In this document: positions 38,969-51,078 of the stretch, piece by piece
Layout of the letters: each line of letters opens with the position of its first letter
How positions within the stretch are numbered: the stretch's first letter is position 1
Source: Octopus vulgaris
Lineage: Eukaryota
DNA: 64,000 nucleotides
Reading direction: 5' to 3'
Assembly (NCBI GenBank): GCA_951406725.2
Contig: OX597815.1
Coordinates: forward strand, 104,222,001 to 104,286,000
Position numbers and translations under genes: made by a program
Notes under the pieces: generated by a model
What the model was told of the DNA's origin: nothing
What the model saw: only the letters and a program-made list of their open reading frames with translations
Databases searched by the model: none

Positions 38969-39552
38969 TGTAGTGGATGCGTGGATGTATTAATAAATAC
39001 ATAAGTGCTTTGTAATAAATTAAAGATTTATTATCACTACATCAATTTGTAAGCAATGTTACACATCGCTTGTACAAAATGCATATTAAATAGTGGTTGC
39101 AAATAATACATATTAAAGGAATGCATAATACAGGATACACATTAAAGCAGAATATGTTTGATGGTGTGTGTGTGTGCGTGTGTGTAAATCATGCATGACA
39201 GAGTCACCTTTCTGAATATTCTTTCGTCGTTCTCATAAATGCGTGGCGTTCTCTTAAACGTTGATTCGGGTTCTCTCTAGATACCTATTTCTCCGTTCTA
39301 TTTATAACATCTCAAATAGCCAGAAAAATAGATATACCGCAAGAGAGTTATCATTAAAGTAGGTCGCTGGTCGTCCTGTTAAACTTCGCCTGACCTGCTC
39401 GGGTCAGAGGTCGAAGGGAGACGATCCATCATTTTTTGTCAGAACAAAGAGATTCTGATTTCGCGCCTTTTTGTGCATTGGTATTTTACGACCAATGATT
39501 CTTGGGTCTGATTTCGAATCCAAGCTTTGAGAAGGAAGTGCTAATTCTTACA
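38969..39552 (-). repeat. 3' LTR
   Basis: No difference from 44277-44860 found by eye. Confidence 0.97.
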
Positions 39553-39562
39553 CTACCCCCCT
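39553..39562 (-). promoter_or_regulatory. Polypurine tract
   Basis: AGGGGGGTAG immediately before the 3' LTR on the minus strand. Confidence 0.85.
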
Positions 39563-40172
39563 AGTGAGAAAGCCACAGAGATCGAACGATATTGGAAATG
39601 TATTATTATTATTATTTTTATTATTTTTTTTTTTTTTTTTGATTGTGTGCATGTAGAAAAAAAATTTTTTTTAATTTTTTTTTTTTTACACATTGAACGA
39701 TAAAAATATGCATGAAAGGTTTACAATTTGTGTGTGCTATATGGTGGGCAATATGTATATGTGCCCAGGCAGAATTATGTTGGCGCGTTGAAAGAGATGT
39801 GCGTCTATTGATTACTCGACCTACTAGAGGTCTAATAGAGGCAAGGTGTCTTTCAGTGGCGAAAAAATATCGAGTGATAGCACGCATGTGAACAAGATTT
39901 GTGAATGTGTGTGGATATACAGTTAGCAAAAAAATATATTTATGAGAAAGCAAACATTTTGAAGAGAAAACCAAAAAATATGTACATGCAAAAATGAAAG
40001 AAATGTTCATCGGCAAAGTTCGATTTTGAAATGTTCCGTAAAAGTTCATACAGACAGTTTTTGTTTTCATTTTTTTTTTTTTCTTTACGTACACAAATGT
40101 TCTTTGATTTCTCTGGGTGGGTGATGCAGTTATGTGTTCATTAGGAAGATGGATACGTTAGGAGTTCAGAAC

Positions 40173-43100
40173 TTACCCGAAAAACTTGCACAAACCTTGC
40201 TGGCCATCGAACTGTTCTTCCTGATTTGGTGTGTCGGGGTTGTGCAGAATCTGTGGTGTTCGCTGGAGTTGCCGAGTCTGTTTGAGGAAAAGAGGGGACT
40301 GAATGTAAGTCCTCCTCGATGAAAGCTTTTTTAAACGATCAATCGAGACCGTATTTCGTTTACCTCTAATATCGAGGACGAAATACTTGGGTTCTCTTTT
40401 GATGACCTTGTAGGGCCCGGAATATGGTGGTCGAAGTTGAGAGGGTATCCCATCATTCCTCACGAAGACATGAGTCCATGTGTTGATATCTTTTGGGACA
40501 CGTGAAACGACGTTCTGTTGTCTGGGGCCTGAGGGTGATACTTGCGACATGGATGTTCGTAATCGGTGCACATATTGTTGTGGGTCAGGGAAGTTTTGTG
40601 AAACAGGTTCGATCATCTGCCCAGGTAAGGTGAGTGTTGTGCCATAAACGAGTTCGGCCGGAGTATATCCCAGTTCTTCCTTAATCGTGGATCGAATTCC
40701 AAGGAGGATGAGAGGGAGATGTTCCAACCAGTGAGAACTGTCTGGAGCTGCTTTTATAGATGCCTTGAGTTGGCGGTGAAAGCGCTCCACCATGCCATTT
40801 GCTGCAGGGTGGTAAGCTGTAGTGCGGGTGTGTTTACACCCGAGGAGACGAGTCAGCTCGGTGAAAAGGTGGGAATCGAACTGACGTCCTCTGTCGGTGG
40901 TAATTGTTGCGGGTGTGCCAAAACGCGAAACCCATTGTGATATCAGTGTTTTAGCGACCGTTTCTGCTGATATATCAGATAGGGGCCAGGCTTCGGGCCA
41001 TCGCGAGAACCTATCTACGCAAGTTAGCAAATATGAATAGTTCTGCGAAGGTGGCAGGGGTCCAACGATATCAATGTGAACGTGCTGAAATCGTGCATCG
41101 GGCTGCGAAAATGAACCGATTGGTGATTTTATGTGCCGCTGGATTTTCGCTTTTTGGCACGCAACACAGCACTTGGTCCATTCTCTGATATCCTTGTTGA
41201 TACTGGTCCACACAAAACGGGTCGATATTAGCTTTTGAGTGGAGCGAATACCAGGATGTGACAGAGAATGTAGAGCGGAGAAAACTTCTCGACGATATTT
41301 CTGTGGTACATAAGGGCGTTGGTAACCAGTGGAAATATCACACCAAATATGGGCTGTGGATGATGGTAGTGGAACATGCTGAAATTTCAGAGATGACGAA
41401 TTCCGGAGCTTTAGAAGTTCTTCGTCATTCTCCTGGTCAGCTGCTATACGTGCCAGATCAATTGTAGACGTGGTGTGGATAGCATTGATCTGCGCACGTG
41501 AAAGTGCATCGGCTGCCACGTTGGTCGTCCCTTTGATGTGGCGTATATCCGTCGTGTACTGCGATATGAAGTCGAGGTGGCGTATTTCTCTTGGCGAATG
41601 GCGATCCGGTTTGGTGTTAAATGCGTATACTAATGGCTTGTGGTCGGTATATATGGCAAAATTGGTACCTTCTAGCATATGACGGAAATGCTTAACGGCC
41701 AGGTATGCCGCCAATAATTCCCGACTGAATGTGCTGTATTTGGTTTCCGCGGGTTTTAACCGCTTAGAAAAGAAAGACAACGGTTGCCATATACCGTCAA
41801 CAAGCTGTTGTAGCACACCTCCGATTCCGGAATCGGATGCATCAACGAGTAAACATCGTGGGGCGTCTGGTTTTGGATAAACCAACATGGTAGCGCTAGA
41901 TAACGCTTTTTTCAGGGCAGCGAAAGAAACGAGTTCATCTTCGGTCAGAGCTATATCTGCATTTTTGCAGGTTCGCTGACGTAGCAAATCCGTGAGCGGT
42001 TGCGCTATTTCAGCGAGGTGGGGCACGAACCGTCGATAGAAATTCGCTAGACCGAGATATTCCCTTAATTTGCGGAGAGATGTGGGTGGTGGAAAATCCA
42101 CGATGGCCTTGACTTTCTCGGGAAGGGGACGAATTCCATTTTTATCGACTATATGGCCGAGAAAATGAAGGGAAGCAACTCCGAACAAACATTTGGTAGG
42201 GTTGATAACAATTCCAAATTGACGTAGTCGTCCGAATAGCAGGTGAAGGTGTTGATTATGCTCTTCGTCCGAGTTACTGGCCACGAGTATGTCGTCTATG
42301 TAGGCATAGACGAAAGGCAAACCTCTAGTCACCATGTCGATAAACCTTTGGAATGTCTGTGCCGCGTTTCGTAAACCGAAAGGCATACGCAGGAATTCAA
42401 ACATTCCGAAAGGTGTAGTCACTGCTGTCTTTGAGATGTCTGCAGGTTCGACTGGGATTTGGTTGTATGCTCGCACCAGGTCGATTTTTGAAAAGATGCG
42501 AGCTCCATGCAGCGAGCTCGAAAAGTCCTGAAGAAAAGGCACCGGATAGGCATCACTGATAGTGCTTTTATTCAGTGATCGATAATCGCCGCAAACCCGC
42601 CAATCGGTCGATGATTTTTTGGGGACGCAGTGTATCGGCGAGGACGAGTTGCTGCTGGAAACGCGGATGATTCCGAGGTCGAGCATGTGCTGGAATTCCC
42701 GCTTGACGGCCTGGAGACGATCAGGTGGTAACCTTCTGGGCCTTGCAGCAACAGGTGGACCGCTGGTTTTGATGTGGTGGGTAACGTCGTGCTTTATCGG
42801 CTGGTTATGAAAAACTGGCCGGGCGACATCTGGATAATCATTCAGGATGGAACTGTGACGAGTCGTTGTCGTAAGCATTACAGTTGGGCTGACTGTGTCC
42901 ATTCGAGCGGCTATACCGCGCACAGTAAGCTTGGTGGTGGTGTCGACAAGTCGTCTGTTCTTTATGTCTACCAGGAGACCGAAATGATGCAGGAAATCGG
43001 CTCCTAAGATAGGGGTCGGCAGTTTAGCGACGACGAATACCCACTGAAATGTGCGGCGTAGTCCTATGTTTAATGTTAGGGACTGTTCACCGTAGGTTGG

Positions 43101-43307
43101 AATGGGTGAATGGTTGACTGCCTGAAGACAGACTGATGTCTCTTTTCTTTTTCCAGAAGTGTTGGAGACTGGTATGATGCTGACTTCCGCACCTGTGTCA
43201 ACCAGGAAACGCGTGCCTGTTACACGATCGCAAACGAAAAACAGGCGACTGTGTGGGTGCGAACCAGGAACTTCCGTCGCGTTCAATTCCTGGCTGTGCC
43301 GTTTCCC
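40173..43307 (-). CDS. pol: Pol polyprotein (protease, RT, RNase H, integrase), probably expressed by -1 frameshift from gag
   Basis: LVDTGA protease; YIDD RT; VDAS and TDHKPL RNase H; [19 protein letters not shown] and VERFHR integrase; GPY motif. Confidence 0.95.
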   Translation of the reverse strand, partial: GKRHSQELNATEVPGSHPHSRLFFVCDRVTGTRFLVDTGAEVSIIPVSNTSGKRKETSVCLQAVNHSPIPTYGEQSLTLNIGLRRTFQWVFVVAKLPTPILGADFLHHFGLLVDIKNRRLVDTTTKLTVRGIAARMDTVSPTVMLTTTTRHSSILNDYPDVARPVFHNQPIKHDVTHHIKTSGPPVAARPRRLPPDRLQAVKREFQHMLDLGIIRVSSSNSSSPIHCVPKKSSTDWRVCGDYRSLNKSTISDAYPVPFLQDFSSSLHGARIFSKIDLVRAYNQIPVEPADISKTAVTTPFGMFEFLRMPFGLRNAAQTFQRFIDMVTRGLPFVYAYIDDILVASNSDEEHNQHLHLLFGRLRQFGIVINPTKCLFGVASLHFLGHIVDKNGIRPLPEKVKAIVDFPPPTSLRKLREYLGLANFYRRFVPHLAEIAQPLTDLLRQRTCKNADIALTEDELVSFAALKKALSSATMLVYPKPDAPRCLLVDASDSGIGGVLQQLVDGIWQPLSFFSKRLKPAETKYSTFSRELLAAYLAVKHFRHMLEGTNFAIYTDHKPLVYAFNTKPDRHSPREIRHLDFISQYTTDIRHIKGTTNVAADALSRAQINAIHTTSTIDLARIAADQENDEELLKLRNSSSLKFQHVPLPSSTAHIWCDISTGYQRPYVPQKYRREVFSALHSLSHPGIRSTQKLISTRFVWTSINKDIREWTKCCVACQKAKIQRHIKSPIGSFSQPDARFQHVHIDIVGPLPPSQNYSYLLTCVDRFSRWPEAWPLSDISAETVAKTLISQWVSRFGTPATITTDRGRQFDSHLFTELTRLLGCKHTRTTAYHPAANGMVERFHRQLKASIKAAPDSSHWLEHLPLILLGIRSTIKEELGYTPAELVYGTTLTLPGQMIEPVSQNFPDPQQYVHRLRTSMSQVSPSGPRQQNVVSRVPKDINTWTHVFVRNDGIPSQLRPPYSGPYKVIKREPKYFVLDIRGKRNTVSIDRLKKLSSRRTYIQSPLFLKQTRQLQRTPQILHNPDTPNQEEQFDGQQGLCKFFG
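43245..43307 (-). promoter_or_regulatory. Predicted -1 programmed ribosomal frameshift signal
   Basis: G GGA AAC in the gag frame, 5-nt spacer, 11-bp stem, loop GCGAC complementary to downstream GTCGC. Confidence 0.8.
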
Positions 43308-44158
43308 GAACTGGGTGAGGAAAACGAGCACGGCACCGTACATTTTTGTGCCCGTGTTCCGAATGTTCGGTGGTACCAACACGTGTCATGTGAGTTTCGG
43401 GTAGCACTGGGGCTTCGAGACCGTCTGCCATCTCGTCGAGATCGGCTGGTGCTTCGACGCTGGGGACTAAACTTTAGGGCTTGTATTTGGGCTGTGAGAA
43501 TTTGTATTTGCGCAGCTTGCTGCGTCATTAATGCACGCAAATCCGAAATCTCTGAAGAACTGGTTTGTGCACGGAAAGGATTGGTACTGGGAGAGGCTGG
43601 CGTCACCGTCGATACCGTTGGATATCTGTGCGGTACTTCGGCTATTTTGTCAGCTAGCTCCGCCAGTTCTTCAAGGGATGTGTTTTCTCTGGTGGACGCG
43701 AGAACAACCTGGGTATTGGAGGGCAGACGCTGGAGAAAAAGTTGCTTGAAGATTTTTTCTGGGAGCGTCTCATCTCCGAGAAGCTGTTTCATTCTCCGAA
43801 GAAGCTGGGACGGCGTTTTGTCACCCAATTCTTCCGATATCAGAAGCTGGTGAAGTCTTTTTTGTTGGGATTCTGAGGTTCTGTTTATTAACGTGGTTTT
43901 AAAAACTTCATATGAAACAGAACCGGGTGGTGCCATGATAAGGTCGCGTATCACGTTCGTTATTTCTGGTGACAGAGAACTGATAACGTGAGAAAGTCGA
44001 GCCGCATCGCTCGATATTCTGTGAGAGGCAAACTGTGCCTCTATATGGTGAAACCACAATGTCGGGTCGTGGGTCCAGAATGGTGGAATTTTTAACGAGA
44101 TCGCCGCTTGGAATGCCATGTCGATGTTGGCCGCTGGGTTTTGTTCCGGGAGATTCAT
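43283..44158 (-). CDS. gag: Gag protein
   Basis: First ATG at 44158; [16 protein letters not shown]-terminal motif; CWYH...[12 protein letters not shown] knuckle typical of CsRn1-type Gag. Confidence 0.92.
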   Translation of the reverse strand: MNLPEQNPAANIDMAFQAAISLKIPPFWTHDPTLWFHHIEAQFASHRISSDAARLSHVISSLSPEITNVIRDLIMAPPGSVSYEVFKTTLINRTSESQQKRLHQLLISEELGDKTPSQLLRRMKQLLGDETLPEKIFKQLFLQRLPSNTQVVLASTRENTSLEELAELADKIAEVPHRYPTVSTVTPASPSTNPFRAQTSSSEISDLRALMTQQAAQIQILTAQIQALKFSPQRRSTSRSRRDGRRSRSPSATRNSHDTCWYHRTFGTRAQKCTVPCSFSSPSSGNGTARN

Positions 44159-44263
44159 TGTTTTCGTCGGAATTTTCAGTTGCTTCGTTGCTGGTGATGT
44201 GCAAACTGTAATTCTTCGACGCGGTTGATGAAGCTGGTTCCGGGGAAGGCGCGATTCGTTTTG

Positions 44264-44274
44264 CGGGGTCACCA
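44264..44274 (-). promoter_or_regulatory. Primer binding site (tRNA-Trp)
   Basis: TGGTGACCCCG 2 nt after the 5' LTR; same first 11 nt as the tRNA-Trp PBS of avian sarcoma/leukosis viruses. Confidence 0.85.
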
Positions 44275-44276
44275 AA

Positions 44277-44860
44277 TGTAGTGGATGCGTGGATGTATTA
44301 ATAAATACATAAGTGCTTTGTAATAAATTAAAGATTTATTATCACTACATCAATTTGTAAGCAATGTTACACATCGCTTGTACAAAATGCATATTAAATA
44401 GTGGTTGCAAATAATACATATTAAAGGAATGCATAATACAGGATACACATTAAAGCAGAATATGTTTGATGGTGTGTGTGTGTGCGTGTGTGTAAATCAT
44501 GCATGACAGAGTCACCTTTCTGAATATTCTTTCGTCGTTCTCATAAATGCGTGGCGTTCTCTTAAACGTTGATTCGGGTTCTCTCTAGATACCTATTTCT
44601 CCGTTCTATTTATAACATCTCAAATAGCCAGAAAAATAGATATACCGCAAGAGAGTTATCATTAAAGTAGGTCGCTGGTCGTCCTGTTAAACTTCGCCTG
44701 ACCTGCTCGGGTCAGAGGTCGAAGGGAGACGATCCATCATTTTTTGTCAGAACAAAGAGATTCTGATTTCGCGCCTTTTTGTGCATTGGTATTTTACGAC
44801 CAATGATTCTTGGGTCTGATTTCGAATCCAAGCTTTGAGAAGGAAGTGCTAATTCTTACA
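44277..44860 (-). repeat. 5' LTR
   Basis: 584 bp, adjacent to the PBS. Confidence 0.97.
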
Positions 44861-45207
44861 GTTGTACAAGTCGTTACGCGTGAATGTAAACTATTGCGTC
44901 ATTACTTCCACGTCTACAGGTCAACGTCCTGTTGCCATCTACACTTTAGATGGAAAAGCACGATAGATACAAGTTTAAAAGTGTTTAGTTACAAAGAAAT
45001 TATTTTAAAAATCTGCCGGTCAAAGTGAAAAGATCCTGGTTTTATTTCTTACCTCTTTAAATGAGGTACCTTATTATTTTTTATTTTTTATTTGCACATA
45101 TAACATATAAACATGTGCATCTTTTAGAAGATTATCATTTTATAAGATTTTGCTGGCAAACTTTTAAATTAACATAAACATTTATTGTTCAATATACAGT
45201 TTTAGTG

Positions 45208-45750
45208 AGGCGGCAAGCTGGCAGAAACGTTAGCACACCGGGCGAAATGCTTAGCAGTATTTCGTCTACTGCTACGAGTTCAAATTCCGCCGAGGTCGAC
45301 TTTACCTTTCATCCTTTTGGGGTCGATAAATTAAGTACCAGTTGTGCACTGGGGTCGATGTAATCGACTTAATCCCTTTGTCTGGCCTTGTTTGTCCCCT
45401 ATATGTTTAGCCCCTTGTGGCAATAAAGAAATAAGAAACGTTAGCATGCCGGGCGAAATGCTTTGCAGTATTTTGTCTACCGCTACGTTCTGAGTTCAAA
45501 TTCCGCCGAGGTCGACTTTGCCTTTTATCCTTTCGGGGTCGATTAAATAAGTACATGTTATGCACTGGGGTCGATATAATCCACTTAATCCGTTTGTCTG
45601 TCCTCTCTGTGTTTAGCCCCTTGTGTGTAGTAAAGATATAGGTATCTCATCTGTCTTTATGTTCTGAGTTCAAATTCCGCCGAGGTCGACTTTGCCTTTC
45701 ATCCTTTCGGAGTCGATAAATTAAGAACCAGTTACATACTGGAGTCGATC
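45208..45750 (+). mobile_element. Three tandem family B SINE units
   Basis: GAGTTCAAATTCCGCCGAGGTCGAC near 45277, 45492 and 45666; second and third units progressively 5'-truncated. Confidence 0.9.
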
Positions 45751-45755
45751 AAACA

Positions 45756-48470
45756 TATACATGACAGACTGAAACTACAAGCATTTACTCATTTTACCCC
45801 GATTACTAATTTCCACTACCACCTTCTCGATACATGACATTAAACTGAAACTGCAAGCGGTTCTAAACTCGGAACTTTGAAAAGCTTATTTCAGATTTAT
45901 CAGTATTGTTGCTATTATTGTTTAATCTTAGATTAACGCATATAAAACTCTCCTACGGTCAAAGGTATTTCGGTCTTGGTCATCATTTTTTTTAACTATA
46001 TTCCATCCTCTAAATACAGTAGTTTTGGTATGTTAGAAATTTGATCGCTATTTCTACATGTTGAAAGTTAACTCAAATTTACGTTAATACTAGGTTAAAG
46101 CCGCCATTCAACCAGGATTCCAGCACATATACCCCACACCAGAGAACTATTCACAAATACTGGGTACAGTGGCGACTATGCAAGATTTTTTAACCGTATA
46201 CTCGACCTAAAAGAAAATAAATGAATAAATAAATAAATGAATAAATAAATAAATAAATAAATGAATAAATAAATAAATGAACCGATCATTAATACATTGT
46301 ACTACTTCTCTTCTCGTCATGAGTTCAAAATTCAAACACATTTTCTTCCACGCTTTTCTTCCCGTACGTAAATGTCTCTTGTTAAACACCGCACGATCGC
46401 CTTACAAAAGAAGCCAAATAAGTGCCAAACGGAATAAGGAGAAAACACAACCGTATAATGTATAAGAGAAAAGACTCTATTTAGGCGTTGATAATGTGGA
46501 TAGCAGAGCGGGTGTTCGTGAGTGCTACAAGTGTCCGTGTTCGTGAGTGTGACAAGTGTCCGTGTTCGTGAGTGCGACAGTGTGTCTGTGTGCGTGTGTG
46601 CGTTATGAGTGTGAGACAACACAATACAGAGCATAGAAGGAGTGTCCAGGCACAAATGGAGATAAATACAAGTTTGTAGTAATGAACGCAATAGTATTAG
46701 TTCTGTATCAATGAAGTTGGTGGTCACAAGGCAGATGCCAGTTCAACACATGTTGTGTAGCGGTTGTGGCTTCAATGCTGTGCCGGGTTACTTTGGTACA
46801 GAAAGTTCTCGCAGGTAGACTGAGCTGTTAACCTTGGTGGGTATTCTCAACAGCGTAAAGTTAAACCTAGGCGAATTGCATGAAGGCAACGGTGGTGGTG
46901 ACGGCATTAAGGCGAAGTCGATGATGGTGATGGCGACGGTGGAGAAAGGTCCTGAAATGCTGCGGTGGTGTTGGTGTTGAGTCGCTGGAACATGGCTGTC
47001 TGTCGCTGGATGCTCTGTGGTCAATGGCCTAGGACCAAAGACACAAATGGTTTGTCGTGACTAGCTTTAAAAGGGTTTATATGGTTCAAACAAGGTATTA
47101 GAAAAACAGTGTCACGGGACCTTATCTGAAGGTTGCAATTTGTTGGTTTACACATTGGCGCGAAATAAAGCAAAAGATAAAACTGCACCAAAACCAACCA
47201 ATCAGAGTAGCGGACACAACAGGGCCTAAACAGCCGAAGGAAAGCTGCTCTCTGCCACGAAATTATTTGTATGATGTCTCTCAAAGGGGGATAACGTATT
47301 TCACTAACCGCTACAGAGCTTTTCATCAGTCCTTTTGTTGAAGACAAAAGAGACGATAATAAAAAATGGACATAACTGTTGTGAAAAGGGGAAATTAGAA
47401 CGGTTGGTCAATTAAACTGGCACTGGGTCACCATTTATAGACGTTCGAGTGAGCGTAAAGGCCGGCTGAATATATTTGTGGCTGCATGTTAGAAAACGAG
47501 GGGTCACCACTTGTAGAGCGACCGTATGTAAAGGAGGTGGTGACAAATGTCTCCTTTTTGAACGCCGCACGGTCGCCTTACAAAAGAAGCCAAATAAGTG
47601 CCAAAAGAAATAAAGAGAGAAACACAACCGTATAATGTACAAGAGAAAAAACTTTATTTACAGGCGTATTCGTGAGTAGCAGAGCGTGTGTGTCTGTGTG
47701 TTCGTGAGTGCGACAACAGTGTGTGTCTGTGCGTGTGTGCGCGCGTGCGCGCGTTATAGAAAGAGTGTCCAGACACAAAATGGTATTAATTACCAGTTCG
47801 TAAGATACACAATAGTTAGTTCTGCAACAGATAAGTTGAGGCAAAGTGGAGAGCCGGTTGAACACATGCCGTGTAGCGATTGTGGCTTCTATCCTATGCC
47901 GGGTTACAGAAGATCTCGCAGGTAGACTAGCTGTTAACCTTGGCGAGTATTCACAAACAACGTGTAGTTAAACCTGGATGATTTTGATGTGTATATATTG
48001 TTGAAGTCGACGGTGGTGAAAGACGACGTTACGGTGAAGTCGACGAGATAAAAGCAAGAGATAAAACTGCACCAAAACCAACCAATCAGAGTAGCGGACA
48101 CAACAGGGCCTAAGCCACCGAAGGATGGCTGCTATCTGCCACGACGTTATTTGTATGATGTCTCTCAAAAAGAGATAATGTATTTCACTAACCGCTACAG
48201 CTAAAATTCTTTTTTAAGCACCCTCCACAGTATTCCCCGAAAAATCCACCCGACTGGTTGGTATGAAGTCGTTCGTCAAAAGACATCGTCGAACCTGCAG
48301 ACTTGCTGTCTCCACTCTCTGTCATTTGTACTGCTACTACTGTGGCAACTGCAGGGGCATAGCCAGCTTCTAAAGTTAATGGGAGCAAGCATATAAAAAG
48401 AAAGATGCTATAACACATACCAAACACTTTTAAACTCATTTCATTTGTTTATGTTTCTGTAACAATGTCA
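45756..48470. repeat. Left arm of an inverted duplication, split by an LTR insertion
   Basis: 45756-46349 and 48200-48470 are reverse complements of about 50552-51078 and 50272-50545. Confidence 0.92.
46361..48199 (-). mobile_element. Short non-autonomous LTR element (two diverged LTRs, ~200-bp interior)
   Basis: Homologous blocks 46361-47315 and 47512-48199; the latter is TGTAG...CTACA; PBS TGGTGACCCC at 47500-47509. Confidence 0.75.
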
Positions 48471-50271
48471 GAAATTGAAGAATTAGAGGTGTATCAAAAT
48501 TAAACAGCAGAAAAAGTAAAGAAATAAGTAAACACAAAGATACCAAAAGGAACAGAAGAAAATTACAAAAGTTTAAAAAAAGAGAGGAAAAGGGAAGGAA
48601 AGAAAAAGAACAAAAGTTATTAATCTTTTCTACTCTAGGAACAAGAGGATAGGTCGACCGCGGCGGAATTTGAACTTAGAACATAAAGACAGACGAAATA
48701 CTACTAAGCAGTTCGGCCGGACTGCTAACATTTCTGCCAGCTCGCCGCCTTACAAAACTTATAGAATACAAAAGCAATGTATAAGCACCGACACCCATAA
48801 TCGTCACGTCAGTTGTTTCTTACTTTCACTTCAACCCCGTGCTTGCAGCTCTCGCCTTGAGATTTAAGCTAGCCATTACAGGTTTTTGCAAAAGATCGAG
48901 GGCAGCAACGGAAAATAATCTTCGTCATTATTGTCAACATCAATTTTATCATTATTAACTTAATTTAAGTCATTTAGATATTGTGATCGGTGTTTGTTTA
49001 GTTTGGGAGTGACTTGTATAAACAGGAAGCGTGTATATGTGTAGAAATGGAAGTGCGTATGTGATTTGTGTTTGTACTTACAGCACTCTTTAGTAAAACC
49101 AAGGGAGACCCTAGACCTTCGAACAAAAACCGGTGACCTGGAACCACCACAAAAACTGACGATCTCGTAATAACTATTCACGCTCGACAGCCATCTTAAA
49201 CAATGATTGAATGCCGCTCATATACAGAAGATCAAGTACACCTTCGAACAACGAACCTTCCACAAATCCTGAATGAATATTGACGCTCAGTTGTTTCGAT
49301 TACCGTTACATACTGTGCACAAAAGTCTTTTCCATTGAAAAATTCAAATACAGAGGTTTTTCATCGCCGATTTTCCAGTTTGAGTCATTAGGAGTGCGAG
49401 ACGTTTTCTACGTTCAAGTATTACCGACTACCCTCCGCTATTTTGGGCTTCCAAGGGTCCTCAATAGATAGTTGAATTAAAGTGAAATTAATTTCGCGAA
49501 TAGCTGTGGAGCTATACTTTCATGTTTTGCGTGTCGATGTGTCTCAAAACGTACGAAAGATGTTAACTTACTCTCACAAGATGTTGCTTTTTACTCTTTC
49601 CCTTAACTTATCAAGTGTGTGGGGGGGGGGGGCAATGACTCTCCACACACACACAACTCTACCCAGTCTTTTACAGACAGACCTAGAATGGTGAGATAGA
49701 GGCAAGATGTTGCATAGCTCGAATTAGTGTAGATTTTTAATGGTTGCTTGACCTACTAAAAGTAGCATCCAAATCTCCATCGAATGCTACCCCCATCGTT
49801 GTTAAAAGGAAGAGTAGGATAGAATGACACATTAGATTCCTAGACACACACATACACACACACACAAATTATATGATCAGAGCTGGAATGCTTTTGACCA
49901 AGTTTATTCGGACAAGAAATGTATGCATGCCCTTGACAGGCCTTCCAAAGCCAGTGAAAACAATTGTGAATTGACGACTGCAGAAGATGGAGGGGGAATT
50001 TCCAAAATGTTGACGTCTTGAGGTTGAAGGATTAAACAGCGAACACTGAGGTTGACGAGAGGAAAAAAGACAAGTGAGTTGGAAAGGCCTGAATAGAGGT
50101 GATATGAGACCAACCAGCTTCGAGAGAAAGTTGCACAGTGGTGTAGCTAATAGGGGCATAAAGGGAGCGACCACACCCATCGAGCACGTTTTTTCAAAAC
50201 CGGTGCCTTTTCAACAACTTATTTTTGGTAAACTATTTACTTACTTCTATCAGTAGTTGTAAGTTTCATAT

Positions 50272-51078
50272 ATGACGTTGTTACTGAAACATGAACAAAT
50301 GAAATGAGTTTAAAATTGTTTGGTATGTGTTATAGCATCTTTCTTTTTATATACTTGCTCCCATTAACTTTAGAAGCTGGCTATGCCCCTGCAGTTGCCA
50401 CAGTAGTAGCAGTACAAATGACAGAGAGTGGAGATAGCAAGTCTGCAGGTTCGACGATGTCTTTTGACGAACGACTTCATACCAACCAGTCGGGTGGATT
50501 TTTCGGGGAATGCTGTGGAGGGTGCTTAAAATTTTTTTTTAAGCTATTATGGGAACAAAAGGTGTTTGAATTTTGAACTCATGACGAGAAGAGAAGTAGT
50601 ACAATGTATTATGATCGGTTCATTTATTTATTTATTATCTTTGAGGTCGAGTATACGGTTAAAAAATCTTGCATAGTCGCCACTCTACCCAGTATTTGTG
50701 AATAGTTCTCTGGTGTGGGGTACATGTGCTGGAAGCCTGGTTGAATGGCGGCTTTAACCTAGTATTAACGTAAATTTGAGTTAACTTTCAACATGTAGAA
50801 ATAGCGATCAAATTTCTAACATACCAAAACTACTGTATTTAGAGGATGGAATATAGTTTAAAAAAATGATGACTAAGACCGAAATACCTTTGACCGTAGG
50901 TGAGTTTTATATGCGTTAATCTAAGATTAAACAATAATAGCAACAATACTGATAAATCTGAAATAAGCTTTACAAGGTTCCGAGTTCAGAACCGCTTGCA
51001 GTTTCAGTTTAAAGTCATGTATTGAGAAGGTGGTAGTGGAAATTAGTAAATGCTTGCAGTTTCAGTCGGTCATGTATA
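50272..51078. repeat. Right arm of the inverted duplication (uninterrupted)
   Basis: Contiguous reverse complement of both left-arm pieces, high identity. Confidence 0.92.

Larger units (their letters stand above)
38969..44860 (-). mobile_element. Full-length Ty3/Gypsy LTR retrotransposon, CsRn1-like
   Basis: Two 584-bp TGTA...TACA LTRs, 4-bp TSD GTTG (38965-38968 and 44861-44864), PBS, PPT, gag and pol in PR-RT-RH-IN order. Confidence 0.97.

Noticed and set aside
39621-40094. 157-aa ORF after pol as a possible env
   Set aside because: Non-ATG start, built on A/T homopolymers, no signal peptide, furin site or TM architecture
40719-43853. Plus-strand ORFs within the LTR element (and similarly within the LINE)
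   Set aside because: Antisense shadows of gag/pol/RT codon structure
44159-44275. N-terminal extension of the gag ORF in the track
   Set aside because: Starts at a TTG overlapping the PBS; the first ATG is at 44158
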